NCBI RefSeq assembly: GCF_006345805.1
Contig: NW_021832536.1
Span: 49,791 to 113,790, forward strand
DNA from: Octopus sinensis
Taxonomy: Eukaryota
DNA: 64,000 nucleotides
Reading direction: 5' to 3'
Shown: positions 39,701-50,646 of the stretch, piece by piece
How the letters are laid out: the number at the start of each line of letters is the position of its first letter
Position numbering within the stretch: the first letter of the stretch is position 1
Made by a program: the position numbers and the translations under genes
The notes under the pieces: generated by a model
Told to the model about the DNA's origin: nothing
Databases searched by the model: none
Seen by the model: the letters and a program-made list of their open reading frames with translations, nothing else

Positions 39701-41226
39701 ATTGCAACCTTGTGACTTGTAACCTTTTGTAACCTCATGACCTTGTGTTATTGAAAACTTCTAACCTTGTGACATTGCAACCTTGTGACTTGTAACCTTT
39801 TGTAACCTCATGACCTTGTTTATTGAAAACTTGTAACCTTGTGACATTGCAACCTTGTGACTTGTAACCTTTTGTAACCTCATGACTTGTGTTATTGAAA
39901 ACTTGTAACCTTGTGACATTGCAACCTTGTGGCCTTGTGTCATTGTAACCTTGTGACTTGTAACCTTTTGTAACCTCATGATCTGTGTTATTGAAAACTT
40001 GTAACCTTGTGACATTGCAACCTTGTGACTTGTAACCTTTTGTACCTCATGACCTGTGTTATTGAAAACTTGTAACCTTGTGACATTGCAACCTTGTGAC
40101 TTGTAACCTTTTGTAACCTCATGACCTTGTGTTATTGAAAACTTGTAACCTTGTGACATTGCAACCTTGTGACTTGTAACCTTTTGAACCTCATGACCTT
40201 GTGTTATTGAAAACTTGTAACCTTGTGACATTGCAACCTTGTGACTGTAACCTTTTGTAACCTCATGACCTTGTGTTATTGAAAACTTGTAACCTGTGAC
40301 ATTGCAACCTTGTGGCCTTGTGTCATTGTAACCTTTTGTAACCTCATGACCTTGTGTATTGAAAACTTGTAACCTTTTGACATTGCAACCTTGTGACATT
40401 GCAACCTTGTGACTTGTAACCTTTTGTAACCTCATGACCTTGTGTTATTGAAAACTTGTAACCTTGTGACATTGCAACCTTGTGACTTGTAACCTTTTGT
40501 AACCTCATACCTTGTGTTATTGAAAACTTGTAACCTTGTGACATTGTAACCTTGTGACATTGCAACCTTGTGGCCTGTGTCATTGTAACCTTTTGTAACC
40601 TCATGACCTGTGTGTTATTGAAAACTTGTAACCTTGTGACATTGCAACCTTGTGACTTGGAACCTTTTGTAACCTCATGACCTTGTGTTATTGAAAACTT
40701 GTAACCTTGTGACATTGCAACCTTGTGACTTGTAACCTTTTGTAACCTCATGACCTTGTGTTATTGAAAACTTGTAACCTTGTGACATTGTAACCTTGTG
40801 ACATTGCAACCTTGTGGCCTTGTGTCATTGTAACCTTTTGTAACCTCATGACCTTGTGTTTTTATTGAAAACTTGTAACCTTGTGACATTGCAACCTTGT
40901 GACTTGTAACCTTTTGTAACCTCATGACCTTGTGTTATTGAAAACTTGTAACCTTGTGACATTGCAACCTTGTGACTTGTAACCTTTTGTAACCTCATGA
41001 CCTTGTGTTATTGAAAACTTGTAACCTTGTGACATTGTAACTTGTGACATTGTAACCTTGTGACATTGTAACCTTTGTGGCCTTGTGTCATTGTAACCTT
41101 TTGTAACCTCATGACATTGTGTTATTGAAAAATTGTAACCTTGTGACATTGCAACCTGTGGCCTTGTGTCATTGTAACCTTTTGTAACCTCATGACCTTG
41201 TGTTATTGAAAACTTATGACCTTGTG
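27780..41226. repeat. ~13.4-kb tandem satellite in smo intron 8; monomers of 73, 82 and 97 bp plus variants
   Basis: Shared 61-bp core TTGTAACCTCATGACCTTGTGTTATTGAAAACTTGTAACCTTGTGACATTGCAACCTTGTG plus optional modules; periods measured between TCATGA anchors. Confidence 0.98.
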
Positions 41227-41266
41227 TCAGTATGAGAGGTCACTAAACATGTTGTTTCTATTGTAG

Positions 41267-41403
41267 AGTATTCCGTAAACCATCCAGTCGTACGGTGAAG
41301 CTGAAACGGCACAAAATGATTGCTAAAGCATTTGCTAAGAGGAAGGAAATAAACAGTGGTCGCTTTTCCATCAGTTTCTACAGCACCCATGATGACCCCT
41401 TAG
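41267..41403 (+). CDS. smo: Smoothened exon 9: proximal cytoplasmic tail (not in the ORF track)
   Basis: ttgtttctattgtag|A; (K)VFRKPSSRTVKLKRHKMIAKAFAKRKEINSGRFSISFYSTHDDPL(G), matching the Smo KMIAKAF...S..HDDP motif; G|gtaagg; 137 nt, phase 2-1. Confidence 0.95.
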
Positions 41404-42032
41404 GTAAGGTGTGTCACTCAGTCAGTGTGTATGCGTGTATATGTAGGTGTGTGTGTGTGTTCATCATCGTTTAACGTCCGTTCTCCATGCTAGCATGGGT
41501 TGGACGGTTCGACCGGGGATCTGGGAAGCCAGAAGGCTGCGCCAGGCCCAGTCTTATCTGGCAGTGTTTCTACAGCTGGATGCCCTTCCTAACGCCAACC
41601 ACTCCGTAAGTGTAGTGGGTGCTTTTTACGTGCCACCTACACAGGTGCCAGGCGAGGCTGGCAACGGCCATGGTCGGATTGGTGTATTTTACGTGCCACC
41701 GGCACGGAAGCCAGTCGAGGCGGTGCTGGCATCGGCCACGAGTCGGATAGTGCTTTTTACGTACCACCAGACCAGGGATCCTGGCTGGTTCAATTCGATT
41801 TCGCTTGCCCCAACATGTCTTTGCAAGCAAAGGGGGTTGGCATGGGTGCCTGTCGTCGGATGAGGTTCTATATCGACTTTGCTTGCCTCAACAGGTCTTT
41901 GTGTCCAAGGGAGGAAAGGCATTCATAAGTGGATATATGCTTATTTACAAGTCCAAATGTGCCATGCACATATTGGAACTGGTAATAACATCACATTTCT
42001 ACACTTCACTGCTTAGTGTTCCCCCTCCATAA

Positions 42033-42336
42033 TCTTTATATATAAAATTGAAGTTGTGTGTGTGAGACTCTGTCTCCTCCGGTTTAGATTCCTAACTACT
42101 CCCACATTTTGCGGTGCAGTTTAACCAAAAGCGGGTATCTTATAGTCATTCATATCGAGCACTTCTGGGTATTAGTGCGCGTCTACGATGAGTTTACAAT
42201 TAAAAAAAAAATTTACCATCATTTTTCCGCATTTTTAATGATTTTTGCTCGGGTTATATAAGGGAAATAACTCTCTAAAAATGCTTATATAGTTATTTCC
42301 CTTACAAACTCGAGCAACGCCAGGTGATACTGCTAG
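42033..42336 (+). mobile_element. Non-autonomous Helitron
   Basis: A|TC start (ATCTTTATATATAAAA), subterminal hairpin TAAGGGAAATAACT/AGTTATTTCCCTTA, GC-rich CTCGAGCAACGCCAGG, ends CTAG|T. Confidence 0.75.
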
Positions 42337-42342
42337 TCTTTA

Positions 42343-42514
42343 TATATAATTATAATGATAAGGGTTTTTTGCAACAAGTTGCTTAAACCACAAGCCTGTG
42401 GAGACTTATTTTTGTAGTAAAAGAAATAGTAGCCCTTTGACTGCTATTTCTAATATTTTCGATATGTGCTTTAAGCAACTTGTTGCAAAAAACCCTTATT
42501 ATTATAATTATATA
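42343..42514. mobile_element. Small foldback/MITE with ~45-bp inverted termini
   Basis: TATAATTATAATGATAAGGGTTTTTTGCAACAAGTTGCTTAAA mirrored at 42470-42514. Confidence 0.75.
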
Positions 42515-42605
42515 AATTTTTACTGAATATGGTCCTTTTCCATACCAAAAATACTACTAGGTGAAATTTATTGATTTTATTAAATTAATTATATTTCACC
42601 CTTTA

Positions 42606-42659
<54 letters not shown>

Positions 42660-42885
42660 GGTGCTGAAAAGATTCTTGGCTTTGGGTAAAAGCCAACTCA
42701 GGAAGATCTGTTAATTATGGTTTTATTCAATATATTCCCTTCTCAGATTCACAAACTTGTTGCAGCAGTCCTTCAGTTTCTCAAAGCCCAGTGAAAGAAC
42801 TCAGAAGGTTGGGTGATACCCTTAAGGCCAGGAACTTTTCAGCACCACTTATATAGACATACATAGATACACACACACACACATG

Positions 42886-42927
<42 letters not shown>

Positions 42928-43062
42928 ACACACACACACACACACACTCATACATACATGCACGTAGTGTACCCTTATCAGACAGGTAGTCATGATGGGT
43001 ATATTGGGCTTTGTATATTTTACCCCTGTGTCACTTTGATGGCATGCACTGCTCTCTCACTC

Positions 43063-43109
<47 letters not shown>

Positions 43110-43888
43110 TAATAGTAATAATAATAATAATAATAATCATCTTTTCTACTATAGGCACTAGGCCTGAAATTTGGGAGGGACTAAGTCAATCACATTGACC
43201 CCAGTACTCAACTGGTACTTATTTCATCGACCCCAAAAGGATGAAAAGCAAAGTTGACCATGACGGGATTTGATCTCAGAATGTAAAGATGGACGAAATA
43301 CAGCTAAGCATTTTGCCCGGCATGCTAACGATTCTACCAGCTCACCACCACCACCACCACCACTAACAACAACAACAAATTAATTAATTAATTCTCGTTT
43401 ATTGGCCACAAGGGCTAACAAAAATCAAATAAAACATTTAAGGACAAAATACAGGACGAAAGTTACAAAAAGGGTTTTGTCCGTTAGAAAAGTCCGTGTA
43501 AAAATTCCAGAGATAACAACGAAAATATAACAAGTAAAAACTCCCAATAGGGGGAGGCGCTTCGAAAGGTTACTCGTGGAAAAACCCATAAAAGCCATGG
43601 GAGCCTGGTCAAAAGTGGGGTAGTGAGCCCCTTTCTCCTTTTATATTTACCTTTTTTGTCACAGGTGTATCCTCAGAATTGGTCCCTTCACACTGGCCAT
43701 TCTTCCGACATTCACCCACCTTTCAATGAATTTGCTAGGAGACAGCACTTTCCCTCTCTACTCTGGTCAAAAGGGGGATAGAGAGCCCTTTTCTCTTTTT
43801 ATATAATAATCACTCATTTTTGATATTTCGTGAAAAGAAATAAATGCTAGGATTCTTGTCAACGTTTTCGTTTTTCCATGTTTTTCAG

Positions 43889-44026
43889 GGATGAAGTTTG
43901 ATTTAAATAGTGTCAGCTCCGGAGATGTTTCTTCTGAGTTTGCTGCCAACATGCCAAAATTGGTTCGAAGACGTGGAGGTATGTTTCAGCCCATGGCCGG
44001 AACCCTGAGGAGATATTCGGACTCTG
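43889..44026 (+). CDS. smo: Smoothened exon 10: C-tail with PKI-like motif; alternative in-frame donor after 43978
   Basis: gtttttcag|GG; (G)MKFDLNSVSSGDVSSEFAANMPKLVRRRGGMFQPMAGTLRRYSDS; two phase-1 donors, GAG|gtatgt (43979) and CTG|gtgtgt (44027). The 3' end is the uncertain part. Confidence 0.85.
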
Positions 44027-45070
44027 GTGTGTATTTTGGTCGACATTATTATTTCAAGCAAAAAAAAAAAAAAAAAAATTTGGCTTATTTTTGTTGTCTT
44101 TTAACCCCGAGTCAGCCTAACCCAGCAGATCTATGATCAAAGGTGTTCCAGATTTGACCATCCTATCTTTTATTCAGACATTGTCTATCTAGGGCTAGAT
44201 TAACAAATGTATTCTCTCTCTTGTGTAACTTCTGATCAGCTCTAATCTAACAAATCTGTTCAAAGATGTTCCAGCTGTGGCCATCCCATCTTTTATTTAG
44301 ACATAAATTAAAAGAGAGGACAAACAAGGACAGACAAACGGATTAAGTCAATTATATCGACCCCAATGCGTAACTGGTACTTAATTTATCGACCCTGAAA
44401 GGATGAAAGGCAAAATTGACCTCGGCGGAATTTGAACTCAGAACGTAACGGCAGACGAAATATGGCTAGGCATTTCGCCCGGCGTGCTAACGTTTCTGCC
44501 AGCTCACCGTCTTTTGGGAGTGTTGTACCATGTTTGCTCATGACTGCACAAGCACTTAAAACACTTAGTGGATGCATGGTGCATGCCATCAGATGATATT
44601 TACTTATGAGCGACAGTTATAATTTCTATGATACCATACTGATACCACTATGCCCACAATATCCTGTTAACAATAAATGGCCTACAACACCCCTATCTAC
44701 AACTCCTAACCTACATTTCTTAATCTAACTCTCCCCTGTTTACAATACCCAAGACTTCCAAGATTAAGTTTTCAAAGTGGAACAAAATTGCTTTTTGGGT
44801 CCTAGGTGTTCTTTCAAAATTCAAGGGAGAGCAAGGTATTTTTTTTAAGGAAAGAGCTCATCAGGAATTCTCAGATCCTTTCTTAACTGGCTAAATAAAC
44901 GGGCTGAATTATATGCCTTAGCAACACACTTTCTAAAAACCCTGTTTACAATACCCAACATATGTTACCCTATCAACAATCCCATATCAACAATACTCTG
45001 TCTACAGTTCTCTATTTTCTACTGTCCCCTATTTATCACAAGCCCTTTCCCTTTGGCTCTCCCTTTGGCT

Positions 45071-46450
45071 CTCCATTAAATTTTAACTGACAATAACAGA
45101 GTTAGTTTAATAACAATTTTTAATTATATTTAAATTTTTATTCTCCATTAAATTTTTACTGACAATAACAAAGTTAGTTTAATAACAATTTTTAATTATA
45201 TTTTAATTTTTATTCTCCATTAAATTTTAACTGACAATAACAGAGTTAGTTTAATAACATAATTTTTAATTATAATTTAATTGTTATTCTCCATTAAATT
45301 TTAACTGATAATAACAAAGTTAGTTTAATAAAATAATTTTTAATTATATTTTAATTTTTATTCTCCATTAAATTTTTACTGACAATAACAGAGTTAGTTT
45401 AATAACAATTTTTAATTATATTTTAATTTTTATTCTCCATTAAATTTTTACTGACAATAACAGAGTTAGTTTAATAACATAACTTTTAATTATATTTTAA
45501 TTTTTATTCTCCATTAAATTTTAATTGACAATAACAAAGTTAGTTTAATAGCATAATTTTTAATTATATTTTAATTTTTATTCTCCATTAAATTTTAACT
45601 GACAATAACAGAGTTAGTTTAATAACAATTTTTAATTATATTTTAATTTTTATTCTCCATTAAATTTTAACTGACAATAACAGAGTTAGTTTAATAACAA
45701 TTTTTAATTATATTTTAATTTTTCTTTTCCATTAAATTTTTACTGACAATAACAGAGTTAGTTTAATAACATAATTTTTAATTATATTTTAATTTTTATT
45801 TTCCATTAAATTTTAACTGACAATAACAGAGTTAGTTTAATAACATAACTTTTAATTATATTTTAATTTTTATTCTCCATTAAATTTTAACTGATAATAA
45901 CAGAGTTAGTTTAATAACATAATTTTTAATTATATTTTTACTGACAATAACAGAGTTAGTTTAATAACGTAATTTTTAATTATATTTTAATTTTTATTCT
46001 CCATTAAATTTTTACTGACAATAACAGAGTTAGTTTAATAACATAATTTTTAATTATATTTTTACTGACAATAACAGAGTTAGTTTAATAACATAAATTT
46101 TAATTATATTTTAATTGTTATTCTCCATTAAATTTTAACTGATAATAACAGAGTTAGTTTAATAACATAATTTTTAATTATATTTTTACTGACAATAACA
46201 GAGTTAGTTTAATAACGTAATTTTTAATTATATTTTAATTTTTATTCTCCATTAAATTTTTACTGACAATAACAAAGTTAGTTTAATAACAATTTTTAAT
46301 TATATTTTAATTGTTATTCTCCATTAAATTTTAACTGTTAATAACATAACTTTTAATTATATTTTAATTTTTATTCTCCATTAAATTTTTACTGACAATA
46401 ACAGAGTTAGTTTAATAACACAATTTTTAATTATATTTTAATTTTTATTC
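45071..46450. repeat. AT-rich minisatellite, 72-74 bp, about 20 copies, intron 10
   Basis: CTCCATTAAATTTTAACTGACAATAACAGAGTTAGTTTAATAAC... recurs at 45071, 45143, 45215 and onward; some copies have an internal deletion. Confidence 0.95.
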
Positions 46451-46472
46451 TGCCCGTCTCTCCTCATTATAG

Positions 46473-47056
46473 ATGTCGCATCAGTGACGTCACGGATATT
46501 TTCCATGGAAAACAGTGATGGGGAGAAAATAGATGATGGGAACGATCAAAAACTGAAGAAGAAAAAGAAGAAGAAGAAACGTTTTTCTAACAACCGTGTC
46601 AAACCTCAGTTGACCCCTTTGGTTTTAGCCATGCAGAAAGGGGCACAGGAGTTCCTTCGGAGCAGTAAAAGACACAAGCGTCGTGGTAGTGATACGTCTG
46701 GTATCAGTCGGGCTTCGGCTCAGAGCATCCATTTCTCTCTCGACCGAAACAGCAGCGCTGATGCTCTGTCTATTTCTTCGATGAAACCAAATTCGGAATT
46801 GAACATTCATAAAATCCACAAGACAGAAACAAAATCTAAAAGAGTGACAAACTTTGCTATTTTCACAGCGAATTCTTTATTGCCGGGATCTGTACAAGAC
46901 AACGATGGCCCACAAGGGACGAATTTAGCCATGGGAGACATGACCGCCGGTCATTCATCCTGTACGCAGTGTGGTGCCCAAAGTGTTTTCCCACCTGAAA
47001 TTGCCATTTTTAACATAGAAGACGAAACTTCATCAACCACTTCTTCTTCTTGCTGA
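46473..47056 (+). CDS. smo: Smoothened exon 11: distal C-tail to stop
   Basis: ctctcctcattatag|AT, phase 1; (D)VASVTSRIFSM...KL(K8)RF...KRRGSDTS...SSSC then TGA; closes the reading frame. Confidence 0.88.
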
Positions 47057-47059
47057 TTC

Positions 47060-47392
47060 CTGCCAAAACTCCAATTTCACCAAAGACATTTCTATCAGTT
47101 CCCAGATAACATTGCATCTTTTGAGACGTCCTACAAACAGAGGGTACTTGAGTTTCATTTCTCAAGTCCCTCGTAAGGACTGGAGGTTAATGTCTCTTAT
47201 TTTTTTGTTTTGTCTCCAGTTCTGACCCTGCCTAAACTCCAATTTCACCAAAGACATTTCTATCAGTTCACAGATAACGTTGCATCTTTTGGGACATCCT
47301 ACAAACAGAGGGTACTTGATTTTCATTTCTCAAGTCCCTCGTAAGGACTGGAGGTTGACGTCTCTTATTTTTTTTTTGTCTCCAGTTCTGAC
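47060..47392 (+). repeat. 168-bp direct tandem duplication immediately after the smo stop codon
   Basis: CTGCCAAAACTCCAATTTCACCAAAGACATTTC...GTCTCCAGTTCTGAC starts at 47060 and again at 47228. Confidence 0.92.
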
Positions 47393-47487
47393 TTGCCATT
47401 TACCCTTTTGTTACCATTTTTCTATTGAAATACTCTGCCTTTGTTTCAAATAGATTTGAAAATAATGAAGAAATAACTAAAATCTGA

Positions 47488-48012
47488 GACCCCCTTCGGT
47501 CACGACACAGACCATGTGATTGCACCTAGAAAGTTCCCCTCCCAGGCACAAGTCTGAGCAAGGCTGTTTATGGAAGACCAGCAGTCGCCCATGCATACCG
47601 GCCTCCCCTCTCCACGCCACCTGTGTTATCCAAGGGAAAGGCAAAGGGGCCGATACAGCTTGGCACCTGTGACATTTTATTATTATTGAAACCCCCTTCG
47701 GTCATAAACCACCATGGATTTTCACCTAGAAAGTTCCCCTCCCAGGCACAAGTCTGGGCAAGGTTGTTTTTATGGAAGACCAGCAGTCGCCCATGCATAC
47801 CAGCCTCCCCTCTCCACGCCACCAATGTTACCCAAGGGAAAGGCAAAGGGGTCGATACAGCTTGGCACCTGTGACGTCGCAACTCATTTCTACAGCTGAG
47901 TGAACTGGAGCAATATAAAATAAAGTGTCTTGCTCAAGAACACAACACACAGCTCGGTCCGGGATTCGAACTCACAACCTCACGATCGTAAGCTCGACGC
48001 TCTAACCACTGA
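47488..48012 (-). mobile_element. SINE family F with tandemly duplicated body
   Basis: Two ~190-bp copies (about 47488 and 47690) followed by the reverse tRNA-like head. Confidence 0.75.
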
Positions 48013-48139
48013 AATGACATTTTCATTATTAACCCTTTAGCAGTTACATTATTTTCTGTCAAATGTAATGCTTATTTATTCACCTTGTTTTGAATTAATT
48101 CATATTTTACCTCATAGCTTCAAGAACTTGATGTAATAC

Positions 48140-48548
48140 TCTTTTACTCTTTTACTCGTTTCAGTCATTTGACTGCGGCCATGCTGGAGCACCGCCTTTA
48201 GTCGAGCAAATCAACCCCGGGACTTATTCTTTGTAAGCCCAGTACTTATTCTATCGGACTCTTTTGCCGAACCGCTAAGTGACGGGGACGTAAACACACC
48301 AGCATCGGTTGTCAAGCAATGCTAGGGGGGACAAATACAGACGCACAAACACACACACGCATATATATATGTATATATATACATATATACGACAGGCTTC
48401 TTTCAGTTTCCGTCTACCAAATCCACTCACAAGGCATTGGTCGGCCCGGGGCTATAGCAGAAGACACTTGCCCAAGATGCCACGCAGTGGGACTGAACCC
48501 GGAACCACGTGGTTGGTTAGCAAGCTACTTACCGCACAGCCACTCCTG
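48140..48548 (-). mobile_element. SINE family A, full length
   Basis: Near-consensus reverse copy. Confidence 0.9.
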
Positions 48549-48699
48549 TGACTATAGCAAATTTTTAGAAGGACATTACTGGATAAATGCGAGAAGCCTC
48601 ATCTGGTTGGTTTGAGCATAAAACAGATCAAATATTTGAGCTGGATATTGTCAGTTTAAATGCAAAAGGATTAAAGCTAGAGTTTGGAACATAAATGAA

Positions 48700-49108
48700 C
48701 AGAGTGGCTGTGTGGTAAGTAGCTTGCTTACCAACCACATGGTTATGGGTTCAGTTCCACTGCGCGGCACCTTGGGCAAGTGTCTTCTACTATAGCCTCG
48801 GGCCGACCAAAGCCTTGTGAGTGGTTTTGGTAGACGGAAACTGAAAGAAGCCTGTCGTATATATGTATATATATATATATGTATGTATGTGTGTGTGTGT
48901 GTGTGTGTGTGTTTGTCCCCCTAGCATTGCTTGACAACCGATGCTGGTGAGTTTGTGTCCCCGTCACTTAGCGATTCGGCAAAGGGGTCCGATAGAATAA
49001 GTACTGGGCTTACAAAGAATGAGTCCCGGGGTCGATTTGCTCGATTAAAAAGGCAGTGCTCCAGCATGGCTGCAGTCAAATGACTGAAACAAGTAAAAGA
49101 GTAAAAGA
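48700..49108 (+). mobile_element. SINE family A, full length
   Basis: Near-consensus copy, head-to-head with 48140-48548. Confidence 0.9.
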
Positions 49109-49898
49109 GAATGAGGTTTTGATGGAAGATTTTAATTACAACAATTAAAAAAGAGCAAGTTTGTGCCATAGTACCAAGGGCAATCTGAGGCAGGTTGGTA
49201 CCAAAAGGGTTAAAATGAACAAAAGAGATTATATTTTTGCATTGGTTCAATACATATTTGAGCCTCAAACCCTGGCGTCAAGCCTTGGCTCAGAAAACTC
49301 ATTTGAGTCCCATTTTAATTTAACATACTGATTCAATGACACGGCCATTTAGAAGATATGTAAACTTTTATTGCAGACTAGTATTGAACCTGTGACTCAT
49401 TGTTTTGAAAACTGAAACTTCACATTAACATTATTTTTGGGCTTCTGTCTCCATTTTTATTTCTTTGTATTCTCAGGAACTTGTAGCAATGGACTTCAGC
49501 TGTCTATTTAAAGTGCTGTCTCTTCCCATGTGTGTGTGTGTGTGTGTATACATGCATACATACATGTGTGCATATATATATATTTATACACACACACATA
49601 CTTGTGGCTGTGTGGTAAGTAGCTTGCGGGTTGCGGATCTGTGGAATAAGCTGCCGGACGAGATGGTGAAGATGCCGACGACCGCTCAGTTCGAAGTCTC
49701 CCTTGACCTCAAGTGGCCTGAACTCTTTACATAAACACCACCCTGTACATAATTCCATGTCCCCCTACATGGCTTTGCTTTTTGCTTTTTGAGCCAAAAA
49801 ATTAACTTTTTTGGTTGGATCAGTGCCTTAGAGAGGAACTTTCTAGGTGCAATCCCATGCCCATTCATGACCAAAGGGGGTCTTTATATGTATGTTTC

Positions 49899-49941
<43 letters not shown>

Positions 49942-50599
49942 CACACATGTTTGTGTCTCCTTGTTTAGGCCTTGTTTGATTGTTGTAAACGAGTGTCACT
50001 GTCATACAAGCAGTGTTAGTTATTTTCCAATATTCTTTGAAAGCTTATTTGCTCACGGGGGGGGGGGTTAGCTTGTTTGGAAACAAAGTGAGGGTTGGCA
50101 ACAGGAAGGGTATCTGGCCATAGAAAATTGGCCTCAATAAACTCCGTCCGAGCCATGCAAGCACTGTAAAGTGGATGTTAAAATAACGATGATGATGGTG
50201 GTGGTGGTGGTGGTGGTGGTGGTGGTGATGTGCTACCTGTCTTGGCAAGGTAGACACTATCTACTTAGCCTAAAAATGAGAAAGTTAATTATTAAATATA
50301 AAATAAAAAAAAGTATTAATGGTTTCTTATTCATTATAAAAATTGTTAATTTAAGGCATAAAATTTTGATATAAAAATCCAGTAAATGGAAACTATTTTG
50401 ATATTAAACGGAATAATTGCCTCTTTCGGTCCTTGTCATTACAGAGTGTGCAGAATATGTATTTGCGCGCGCGTGTGTGTGTGTGTGTGTGTGTGTATTT
50501 GTGTGTGTGTGTGTGTGTTTGTATTACATGACTTGTGTGTTTGCTTCAGCTGATCGACTTAAATTTTGTAATTGAGTATATAAAAGTATTAATGAATAT

Positions 50600-50644
<45 letters not shown>

Positions 50645-50646
<2 letters not shown>

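Noticed and set aside
27691-41149. Dozens of minus-strand ORFs repeating MRLQKVTSHKV...QGYKFSITQGHEV
   Set aside because: Translations of the satellite. Monomers of 73, 82 and 97 bp are not multiples of 3, frames shift at every indel, and the region is antisense to a smo intron
27780-41226. CRISPR-like repeat-spacer appearance
   Set aside because: No unique spacers and no cas genes; the context is a eukaryotic intron
27780-41226. TAACC motifs resembling arthropod telomeric repeat
   Set aside because: They occur as GTAACC inside longer monomers, never as tandem (TAACC)n
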